DNA of 64,000 nucleotides from Pavona decussata (GCA_977016875.1 CDRNST010000226.1:1240001-1304000); one strand, 5' to 3'. Shown: positions 49,601-62,010, counted from the first letter of the stretch. Notes: generated by a model not told the origin, from the sequence alone. Made by a program: numbers and translations.

Positions 49601-52600
49601 AAATATCTTTTCGTTCACATAGAAGATGATCGTAAAAACCCAGATCGCTAAAAAAAGAACGAACATGGAGGTCTCCACACCTGCTTGAGCTTTGGCCCTT
49701 TGACCACGCACATTTTTCACGATCACAGGCATGTAAAACAAAGAAAGAAAATTGTCAACAATTGCAGTAAATTTATAAACACGAGGTTTTGCGGTAAGTT
49801 CTTTGAAAAGCGCTCTACCCCCGCAAAAGGGATAATGCTAAACAAAGTCATTGAGGTTTTAGCGCGCTGTTTCTGCACCAGTCGGATAAAAAGTTTCAGA
49901 GTCAGCTCAGTACGTCCGCACGTATGAAGGATGAATCATTCTAACATGGTGAAGTACTTTTTTGGTCGCAACAGCATAACTATTCAAAAGTGGGTCATCT
50001 ATAAAACTGAAAGATCTGAACTTGATTGTAGCCTATTTCCGCTGCTTATTCAAATTTGACTTGTCAGTCCTACCAGAGAAAAACCCTATTCACCAAAACG
50101 CTTTCTTCGGCTTTGTCTTCGAAGTCATTACAAACAATGATCACTGTTGGCATTCCTCAGCTCAATGCACCAAAAGGATCAACTCAGCAGTCATCTAATA
50201 CCTTGCCTGCAAATCGAACCACAGTCTGAGCGACGAGAGGCAGCAGCCGTATTCCCAAGCTTTCAGGACAGGAGAACTATGAAACAAACCTGTGCAAATT
50301 CTTTACCACGTCAGGAATTCGGTCTATCGTAATATGGTATCAAAGTTTTGTCTATCTAACAACTTTCGCAATCTGGCTAGATAAATATTGTGTAAGAAAA
50401 ACAAAACTACTGCATACTTTACAAATACACATTCAGTGGATCACCCATTGACAGCGGCATCACGTCACCTGCCGACAAAACATTATTAAAGTGGTATTTC
50501 ACCAACGCGTAAACTTAATAAGGGCATAAAGTGGTGTGCCCGAACAAGGAATTTAGTTTCCCATGAAAGCGAAGCGTATTTGATCCATGTAGCTGTGTGA
50601 GGTACAGTAGAATAAAATCTCTTCACGACGGGCCCAACGATGCGTGGAGGTGTAATCACAGCGTAGACGTACGGGATATGGACTGTTATGTTCGTGCTGT
50701 CAGCGCGACATAAACAGAACACTTCATAACCAAGTGCGTGACTTTCGCAATCGACGAAATCAATTTGGGTGTGCCCATTCCAAACGTGCCGCGTCCGGAG
50801 GTCATGTGAAGTCACTCGTGCAAGTTCGAGAGCCTTGATATGATTGAGAGCGTCGCTGAGCTGAGAGTCACGTCGGGCCTCTTGTCATTCATGTCACATA
50901 GCTGCAGACCAGATCTTTCGAGAACATGCTGGACACGCTTGAAACCTTCTCCCTTCCGCGCCCTCGCGCGCAAGCTACTTTTGTTCTTTGCGTTACTATT
51001 TCTTACAAATTTCGCCGGTTTCATTCCCCTTTATTTTGTTTTTCAAAACTTCAAAAAGAAGATCATTCCCAACTTTATCCAGTCCTCTACTATTCCAAAA
51101 GTCAATAGCTTTTTTTCCTTTACACCTATTTTTGTTTTTGTCAGGAGCCGTATCGCATTTTTCCCTTGACACAATCCTGAGTTTGTCTTTATATACCAAG
51201 GAAACACGATCAACTGGAAATAACACCATTACTGACCAAAATATCTTCGAAATCCTCACCATAATAAACGGCACAAGTAGATAAATTTTAAAAAGGAAGG
51301 TTTTCAGACCACAGTGGAAGAAACAATAAGTACAATTTGAAAAAATTACAAGTTTTCTACGTCACTAGATGTTCTTAGAATTGAAGGCTTGATAAGACTA
51401 TCTCCCTTTCCTGTAATTTTTCCCCCCACAAATATTTTTTTTGTTTTCGATATCGTTTGATGAACGGTAAAAAAATAATGCTTAAAATTACCAAAAAGTA
51501 AAGATTGAAGAATTCTACATTTGACTAAGTTTGACTTTTTCATATCATGACAGCGGGTACCCTTCCAGGAGTGAATCCTGGGATTTTTCTCCTTGAATAT
51601 TAATAAGTTCATTGAAAACGCACCTGATAAAGCAAATAAGGTGACCAGAAGACATTATATCAAGGTTATTAAATGGCAAGAAATTCCTGAAAATCGAATG
51701 TATCGCAGTAAAAAACATCGAGGCGTTTGTTGGGCTCGCGTCGAATCTTGCTTTTCGGAAAGACGACGAAATTTTCCGAACAAAGTCGGCTAGAAAGCCT
51801 TTTCCAATGGAAAAGACGATGTTGCAAATTATTCTGTGGCATCAAGTTAACCACGCAAACCTGTATTTGAAGGATACATTCAAAAGCAGTGCCTTTCGTA
51901 GTTTTTCCTTAAAACTGTAGATTTAGATAATCACAGGAGTGAGTCAGAGACTTCAAATATACGTTGTTGACATTGACGGTTGGGTGGGTGGGTGAGAAAA
52001 ATTTATTTGTACACGGTATTTCCTTTTGGCACCCCGAATACAGTTATATTTAAGGACTTGTAAACTTGACCGTTTTCATATTATTAGGTTTGCGGCAACA
52101 GTGTCGGCCCTTACAGAAAACGAGTCAAAACTGACGGAAAAATCAAATAAAGCTTCGCGTCTTTCATCAATATTCAGAAACGACAAGAATCGGTAAACTG
52201 ACTATTAAATGCATCAAAACAACCTGCCATTTCTTACTCTTTGCCAGGCTAATAATCGGCGAGAAAATGTTTCGTAGAACTTTGGTCTTCGCTCCAAGTC
52301 GGTTTAATTGTGCTCTTCTTCGATAAGAGGCCATCGTTTAACTGAGGTAGATCTGCCAAACACTGATATCGCTTAATAGAAAAACATCGTCAAATTCGCG
52401 TGGCTTGACTATTTGTAATGCAAATACACTTCTTTCTGTCGCACAAAAACGCAAAAAAGGGAGGATTTCCCGCCATATCGAATCAATGCAATTTACTTCA
52501 GCTTTTTGAAACATCCAAATCTTAACATGATCCATCTTCTGCCAGTGGTAGCAAAGCACCACCAAAATGCGGCGTGTTTCGTACATTCGATAACATCGGT

Positions 52601-52699
52601 TCCTTTTCGCTTCCAAATCCTATGAATAAGCAATGAGCACAAAGTTAATGATATCCGTTCATTTCACCTGTTTCCACAAGACAGCGATCCCCAGCAATC

Positions 52700-53810
52700 A
52701 TCTGACGTCAGACCAAGTTATTTTTATCACGATAGGCTAAGAAAAACCACTGCACCTGTCGTTCTTATTCTGCCTTTGGCAAATCCTTCTCTTTTTGTCA
52801 CGGACACCCACGAACTCGTTAATTGGTGTCCCTTTTTAGTTCTTGGTTATTTTTAACGTCAAGGTTTTTGGAGACTACCCAAATTAGAAATGGAAAAAAA
52901 TGAAGCTTCTTTGAAATACGTGATTGGAGCAGCAGAATTTCAGAAGCACACAAAAACAATGTACCGTCTATAAATTTATATATTTAAATATATATTTGGG
53001 TGGCAAGTTGTTCGATGTTAAAATTCAAATACCCCATCCTCAAAATAAAACTATTGTGTTCGTTTTTACATATTCTGTGTATTTTTGGAAAGCAGGTACC
53101 GTACTGGTGATGTTTTATTAAAACCAAAAATCTTCCCGATCTTAAGTGGTTTACTTTGTATTTTGGTTTGAGTTTAAAGTTATGAATTTTTAACGATACT
53201 ATTTTGAAGGAATAAATAATCAGTCACGTTTAAAGGAAGATCAGGACACTTCGTGTACAATTGTGCAATATTTAGAGAGCACAGCACTTAACCTCGGCGA
53301 ATTTGCATGAACATGTCTAGATTATTCCCTTTTTGTCACGGCCGACTGACTGTAGACCCAGCGGCGAACGAACGTCATAAAGTAAACAATAATTGAACAA
53401 TTGAACAATATAAACCAGAATGACAGGCGATGACGCGTATGTAAATTATACATCATGTTTCCGTAACGCCACAAAACAAACCGCTTGCGCAAATTCGCTT
53501 CTCGGTCCCGAATTTCGCTTATTTCGCTGCTTCTGAATTCACAACCGGTTAGAAAAAGTCACGTTTTGTGATTATCTACCGAAATAAGATGTGTTAAGCA
53601 TCAATTTTGATCAAAACCGCTCTGACGATACCGGTTATTGATAAACAATACCCATTTGCGCAATACCTACGATGCGTCAAACGTTGACGCAAATGGGCTA
53701 AAATTAGCAACAAGTTCATTGGCTGCCGTGAATTGTTGGAAACTTCTAGTGACGTACGCAGCAACCGAGTAACAATGAATTTTAGATTTAAGGAGTCGCC
53801 CACTCGGTTC
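52700..53810 (+). promoter_or_regulatory. EGR proximal promoter with CRE, C/EBP, Fox and EGR-like sites
   Basis: TCTGACGTCAGA 52701-52712; TTGCGCAA 53485-53492 and 53656-53663; inverted TGCGTCAA/TTGACGCA 53673-53691; TGACGTA 53750; GTAAACA ~53382; CGCCCACTC 53797-53805. Confidence 0.6.
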
Positions 53811-54014
53811 GTAAACCAGAATCGTCAAAGCTCTACGAAGCGAAGGAGTAAATCCCGACGGAAAGAAACGACCACCGAAGTCTAAGCCGAGTCGTAGTTA
53901 TTGCTGGCCAATAACTCGACCTATACCTATACTGTTGATCAGTTTAACGACACAAAAACCACATCAAGAGAACTATTTCAGCCGTTTGAAGAACCTACAG
54001 TTTATATTTTTAAC

Positions 54015-55787
<1,773 letters not shown>

Positions 55788-56640
55788 GATGGTTGCATTG
55801 TACAGTGCTGGCACTGTTGAGACATTTCAGTATTGATGAACTCTGATAAAGTGAAATATTTGTGTATATTTAACATGAAATTTTAAAGTGGGCTGGTCCC
55901 ACAGTATGTACATAATTGACCAACAGATTTCTTCAAGGTACTATGAGTACCATAATTATGCCTGACATGGACATATTTTTCATATATAGAAGTATTAATC
56001 ATAGAATGCAGCTGGTCTCTGTATTTGTTTAGGCTAGAATATTTTTCCTAAAAACGGATTTCTGTTTTAGCAAAATGGTGACGTTCAATGTTTTGAGAAG
56101 TGGTGTACATTGGTATGCCTTGTGTAAAATCTAGTTGTATTTATGTTTTAAAATATTAAGAATTAGGCTGGTCCTAATGTACATATTTTGATGTGCAGAC
56201 GTTTTAAGGCACTTAAAGTGCCAAACTGGCACTTAAAAGGGCCTATTTTTCATACATTGAACCTATGAACAAAATTATACAGCAGGTTTCTGTATTCAAT
56301 TAGTTTTAAGATATTTTATGTAAAGACATGATGTTTTGTTAAATTGTTCTCCTTGGTACAAAAGGCATAAGAATTATTATTATATATAATTTTTTTCATA
56401 AGTAGAACTCAATTTACAAAGATTCATAGCTTTTTTAAATATTCACATGTACTTGCATACGGGTAAAACCCAGATGTACAAACATTTTTAGATTTGACGC
56501 CTGCTTATCAAGGAGAATAATTTTTTCAAATGTCAAAGAATATTACAAACAAAGTAATAGTCAAGCTGGTCATTGACTATATAATCCCAGTGCTGGTCAC
56601 TAAATGATAAAAAATAAAGTTGAAACTTTGAAATACATTT
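55788..56640 (+). other. EGR 3' UTR with six CUGG-loop hairpins, two Pumilio elements and a poly(A) signal
   Basis: AU-rich sequence after the stop codon. AATAAA at 56613-56618 is followed by GT-rich sequence near 56643-56658. Hairpins and TGTACATA sites are detailed in the findings. Confidence 0.75.
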
Positions 56641-56869
56641 ACTGTTGTTTGTGTTTACTTAACTAGTGCTGAGAAAGTTGAAAGCTTGGAGCAACATTGC
56701 TAATCAGCAATGTCATTTGTTCGTTTTTTATGTCGAAGGAGCCAGGGTTCCTACTCGTAATAGCTGAGGGAAATCCCCGCCCTCCAGCCCTTATTGACAG
56801 CCCTGAAATATTATAAAGTCTCTTAGAAAATACAAAATTTGGGAAAGGAAGTGAAAAGCAAGAAAAAAC

Positions 56870-57135
56870 AAACAGAACAGCACCACAGGAAAGTACTCCT
56901 CGACAACTTTCATTCTATTAAACTGTAACGTTTCAAGAATTCACCTACAAAATGAAAAGCTAGAATCGCCTTGTATATAAAAAGCTTAAACTTATGTACT
57001 AAACAGTACAACAGGAAGCTACTGCTCAAGCAGCTCAAGAGCTTTCACCCCGGGGGCTTTCACTTGAATTTTCAAAAATAGAACCACCTTGTACAGCATA
57101 ACAGGAAGGCACCACTCAAGGGCTTTCATCTGAAC
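56870..57135. repeat. Degenerate tandem/interspersed repeat
   Basis: Recurrent ACAG.AC.ACAGGAA..TACT and TAGAA.C.CCTTGTA units. A related fragment lies at ~11380-11450. Confidence 0.5.
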
Positions 57136-57561
57136 GGTTCATGCAATGATTCAAAAGAAAGAACTGTGCTGACACACTTGCCAACTGTGAGAAAATTGTC
57201 ACATGGGCATGGCGGCCATTTATAATTTCCACAATGTTTTTTACATCACAGCCACTGTTACTAAACTCAACCACAAATGGGCAATAACAAGATAAAAAAA
57301 ACTTACCTTTACCATTAGTGCTCATTTCCCTTGTTTTCCATCACTCACTATCAAGCTGTTATTTTCTGAGGAAACTGTTTGCCGTTCAGACATGACAAAC
57401 AACTTATTTTAAAATTCACAAAGATCACCCATACTGCCTTGAGTGAGTTGATCCACTTCGACTCGTTTTCGAACGAGCCAATCACAACCGAGGATGCATC
57501 GAAAATTTGCCGCCAATTTGGCGGCTACACCTGATTGTTGTTTGTTTTGTTATTAGTCGCC

Positions 57562-59475
57562 ATGTTGGCAAGGTTTTTCGTACTGCTGTTATGCTATTTC
57601 TTCTTAATCTTTTTGGTTGCTCGAGTCTTTGAAATTTCGTCCACATGGCTGAAAGCAGGGTGCCTGGCGAGTCAGCTTTTAAATCCGTTCGCCTTGAGCG
57701 TGAGAAAGCTCAAGTCGATTTTGGAGCAACGGGGCGTGAGTTATTCAGGTTTGGTGGAGAAGAAAGAACTTGTCGAGCTAGTAGAAGCTTGTGGAGCGGT
57801 AACCGACGCTGAAAACTGCTCAGTTGTCAGCGACAGTTCCACTGACGAAAACGAGGAAAGCGAGGACTTGAAATTTGCGGGGGCGTCTCACTTCTTCGAA
57901 GAAGTCGAAGACACTAAAGCAGGGACTTGGCTGGTTGATGTCATCCCTGAGGGTCAGTCTTCTCTGCTTCGTAGCAAGCAATGGTTATCGCTGAAAAGAA
58001 AGGTATCTCGATTTGGTATTCGAATAGGAACTTTCATGTGTGAGAATGACCCACGACTGTGTATAAAATACGGCTGGTATAGGCCATCTTTGGCCATCTC
58101 TATGCCCCAGGGAGATCAACCCAAGGGTAACGTCATATTGAAAACATATGATTCGAAGCCTTCGGTGGAACTTGTTTTCCAGTGGATCAACAAAGAACTG
58201 TCTTCCAAGCTAGTTATTTTTAACACTCTGGAAGAATTTACTGACACGTTTGAGGCGAATATGAGAGAAACTCCCGTTTATGTTGTGTTATTTTCGAAAT
58301 TACCAGAACCTCCCATGTATCTTGGTTCACTGTCTGTTCATTTCACTGGGAGGGTTCGATTCGGACACGTTCGGATACTCGATTTTAAAGCAAAAACGCA
58401 GATCTTCAAAAAATACAACAGCGATCATTTTCCCAGCCTTATGATATTTACACCCGAGGGGAACTGGACTTACGGCCACAGAAAAGGAGAGTGGATAAAA
58501 TATAGCTCGATTGAACTTTTTCTAAGAACCATTCATCCAGAAGTCAATGATGTTTTCGTGACAGCGTTGCTAATAATAAACTTGAGTTGCTTTATGGAAT
58601 TGTTTTTAATGAGTGGGGGCATACTGAAAAGAGTTATTCACTTTGCCTGGCTATTGACGTTCTACAACACAAGCCTAATAATCTTGTGCCTCCCAGTTGT
58701 CACAATGTTCCAACTTCCATTCCTTAGTCCAGTCCTTGATTCTGCTCTTAAGTATTGCCGTTACATAATGACATCAGATACCGCAGCAGTGATAAGAGAT
58801 TATACAGTTCTTGGCTTGAGGTACAAAGGGTTGATATTTGGTGGTTATGTTGCCTATGGTCTACTCCTGCGATGGATTCAAAGAAGGCTTAAGGAACATT
58901 TTGGCTTTGAGGACGAAAGCAATGTCATGTCCATAAGAGATTGGTTTTCCCAAGACCTGCATTACTTAACCAATGTCGTGCAAAATTTTCCAGCCCTCAG
59001 ACAGCCACAAGTTGACTACAGTGCTTCAGGTCTTGAAGATGGATTTGAGCTCCTTATCCGACGTCTTGCTGTCCCTGAACTTTGGCTACGTCCAATAATT
59101 CCTACTGATTACATCAACAGCCTACCAGTGTGGAAATTTTGTTGTTCCCATGTAAAACAGTGCTGTGACTCTAGGCAGGGGTACTGCACTAAAAAACACA
59201 GAAAGAATAATGCATGCTGCCAACAGTCTTCCAGACCAGCTGGTATGTTAGTGGCTCAAGACTGCCCTATATGTCTGGAGGACTTCAGGAATGGTTGCTT
59301 ATTGCTTGGTCTGCCATGTGGCCATTGCTACCATCAGCAGTGCATTGAGGAATGGCTATGTGGGGGAAATAGCACTGGCCGTTATTGTTGTCCTGTTTGT
59401 CGTTGGCCAGCATACAAGCAAAAGCCATTGGGTTTGGAGGCTAATCTTGTGAGGAATCAAATTCAAGGCACTTAA
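57562..59475 (+). CDS. RNF103: E3 ubiquitin ligase RNF103 (KF-1), ~637 aa, single coding exon
   Basis: Uninterrupted ORF starting at ATG 57562 (gtcgccATG). N-terminal TM segment, LSVRKLKSILEQRGVSYSGLVEKKEL, HFFEEVEDTK..WLV, thioredoxin-like region with FTGRVRFG, further TM segments, DLHYL, LAVPELWL.P.IPTDYI..LPVW, and a C-terminal RING-H2 (CPICLEDF...LPCGHCYHQQCIEEWL...CPVCRW). These match RNF103 as recalled. Confidence 0.92.
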   Translation: MLARFFVLLLCYFFLIFLVARVFEISSTWLKAGCLASQLLNPFALSVRKLKSILEQRGVSYSGLVEKKELVELVEACGAVTDAENCSVVSDSSTDENEESEDLKFAGASHFFEEVEDTKAGTWLVDVIPEGQSSLLRSKQWLSLKRKVSRFGIRIGTFMCENDPRLCIKYGWYRPSLAISMPQGDQPKGNVILKTYDSKPSVELVFQWINKELSSKLVIFNTLEEFTDTFEANMRETPVYVVLFSKLPEPPMYLGSLSVHFTGRVRFGHVRILDFKAKTQIFKKYNSDHFPSLMIFTPEGNWTYGHRKGEWIKYSSIELFLRTIHPEVNDVFVTALLIINLSCFMELFLMSGGILKRVIHFAWLLTFYNTSLIILCLPVVTMFQLPFLSPVLDSALKYCRYIMTSDTAAVIRDYTVLGLRYKGLIFGGYVAYGLLLRWIQRRLKEHFGFEDESNVMSIRDWFSQDLHYLTNVVQNFPALRQPQVDYSASGLEDGFELLIRRLAVPELWLRPIIPTDYINSLPVWKFCCSHVKQCCDSRQGYCTKKHRKNNACCQQSSRPAGMLVAQDCPICLEDFRNGCLLLGLPCGHCYHQQCIEEWLCGGNSTGRYCCPVCRWPAYKQKPLGLEANLVRNQIQGT

Positions 59476-61584
59476 ACATCACTTGGAAAACTTTAATACA
59501 GACACCCCAATAGTACAGACAGCAGCTAAATCCCTGGCAAAAATAATTTACAGATGTTTGACTGAAATAAATTCTGCTATTATGGACTCTCGCTATTAAG
59601 GGCACTAACTCTGCTCCCAAGGGTGCCACAATAAAAGGAGTTTACTGTATTGGAATTCTACGTGAGAGTGATAGGATGGAAGAAAACACCATTTTAAATG
59701 TTTGCTTGCAATATATTTTTCTTCTCAACCAATCCATCATAAAAACATCACTACAGAGATGCTGATTATCCCTCTGCTCGTCCCTTGAGGCCACACATTT
59801 GCATGTGTGGGTGAGTGGTTTCATCCCAGGTTAAGTCTCTCACCAGACTTGGAAGATGAACTTCATCCTGGCGAAGATGAAATTATACTGTCTGATAAAG
59901 ATGAGAGTGACGCTATTGACATTTTTGGGGCTAAAAGTTTGCTTACAGCGCTGCATATAGTGAATGCAACTGAATACCAGACAACCTCTACATAGGGGTT
60001 TGACCTCAGGAAAAAAAAATCAAGTGTCGTCCAGTGGTGAAACCACCACATGTATGTGATGAACTCATCCTGGGATGAAAGCTCCCATTCAAATTGGCCT
60101 GAGTTTACAATCAATATTTTTATTGTTTGATTTGCCTTTAGCCAAAAATTTGACCAAGCATTACTTCACTTGAGTTGCATGGTAGTTGAGAGGCCTTTGA
60201 TATGTAAAAGAAAGGGCAAAACAAACAATAACAAAACCCAGTACGCAAAGTACATTTTTACACAAACAGCTATGTGAAACATTGTAGAGTAGGAGTAGCC
60301 TTCTCCTAATTTTTCTGCAGCATACAGGTACGGATACAGGGAAAAATGTGACTTTTCCAATATTGCAAGCGCTGAAGGAGCAGGGTGATAGGGGGGTCTT
60401 GTGACATGCTCTTACTGGAAAGTGTCATCCCTGAGTTTTTGAGTCATCTTGACAGGCACTTTCCATGCTAAACCTGGGAATTTTCTTTTGCTCCTAAAAC
60501 TATCTATTTATTGTCAAAAAGCTGACTGTTTTCCGTAAAACGGTGAAAACCGGTCTGGATGCGTGCATGACGTGAGGAGCAGAAAGAACTCGACAGATCA
60601 AGCTAATGCATCATTTTTGCAGTAGAATTGTATTTGTTTTATGCATTTCCACTCGCGTGTAGGATCTGAGGAAAAAGGATGCACCAGTCTTGAAATTTTG
60701 ATAATAATCAATGAATAAAAATACTAACTCATAGAACAAGAATGTAACTTGGGAATCTGCATCTCTACCATCAGGCCCCAGTTGACCATAGTGCAGATAA
60801 CTGATAACTAAACTCCAACTGATATATTTATCTGCTGGATAGCGATATATCTGTTGGATAAAGTTGTCCGCTTTTTGAACAATTTGGGACAGGTGGTGAA
60901 TTTTGATTTTAAAATTAGCTAGTTTTTACTGTGAGTGTAATCTTGTCAAAAGCTCAGTGGTGATCAAGTCACATTTGCAGAATAAAAATAAAGATGACAA
61001 GGAAAATAATGTAGTGATCTCAGAACCAGTGTTTGTATCAAATAAAGAGATTCCTGGGACCCATTCCATCAGATTTGTAAGAATTTTCAACAAATTTCAA
61101 GAGGCCGACATAAAACCCCTCTACTTTCAACCACCTTTTTTCCAGTGCCCATGCGTCTTTCTTTCTTTTTTTTAGAGATTATTATTTCCTTGAACATTCC
61201 ATCTCTTCTTTAGCATTTTATGAAGCAGCCAGATTGTACCTAAGCTTAATTTAAAAAGCCTCATTCCTTGTCTCCTGCACATGCATCTGCCCTTTTGACT
61301 GTGTATCACCACTATGTGTATACACACCCGAGTTATGCATAAAAATGGTCCCTGCTCAGAAATGAGGTACTCTGGTTCATTCGTCAGAAGTTCTTTTGTT
61401 GGGGGCCTGGGCATGACAACCCTCATTGCTTTTGCTCTGTTCGTTTTTGGTGGCTCTGTCGGCTTTCCTTTTGCCTTGTTTATGATGTGGAAAATAAATT
61501 ATTATGTCCGGAAGTGGTGGTGAATCACGGGGTGAGATTTTTGTCAAATTTTAGAAGATGAAATTTCAAGCTTCCCCCCCCCCC

Positions 61585-61893
61585 CCCAGGTGGGTTACTC
61601 AGGTATAAACGTGACGGGGGGGGGGGGGGGGGTCCGACCTATTTTTTTGGGTCTAAAATTTTCAACTCCTGTATTTTTTTGGCTTGAAGATCTAATCGTG
61701 TATCGTGTATTTGCTTGGGTCTCAAAAATCTGCGCGTATTTTTTTGGGTCTAAAATGTCTAGTCTTGTATTTTTTTTGGGTGCACAATGCACGATATAAG
61801 GTCCATGTTTTTTTTTTTGGGTGCAAAATACTAGGCTCCGTCGCCCCCCCTCAGCCACCCCCGTCACGTTTATACCCGAGTAACCCACCTGGG
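61585..61893. mobile_element. MITE with CCC..GGG termini and ~36-bp TIRs
   Basis: CCCAGGTGGGTTACTCAGGTATAAACGTGACGGGGG ... CCCCCGTCACGTTTATACCCGAGTAACCCACCTGGG, with internal TATTTTTTTGGGT units. Confidence 0.8.
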
Positions 61894-62010
61894 CTTTCCC
61901 CATGGGAATACAAGATGCCTCCGTCAATTTGAGGACTGGTGTAAGCCAGAAAGGTGTCCAGGTCTCCCCAATGTTTTAAAATAATTCGCTGGAAATTGAA
62001 ATTCACCTTT

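Noticed and set aside
57535-57561. TTG start given in the ORF track for RNF103
   Set aside because: The ATG at 57562 has good context and aligns with the known N-terminus.
59770-60114. Acidic ORF DLEDELHPGEDE... and its antisense ORF
   Set aside because: Bounded by inverted TTTCATCCCAGG / CCTGGGATGAAA motifs, consistent with a decayed MITE.
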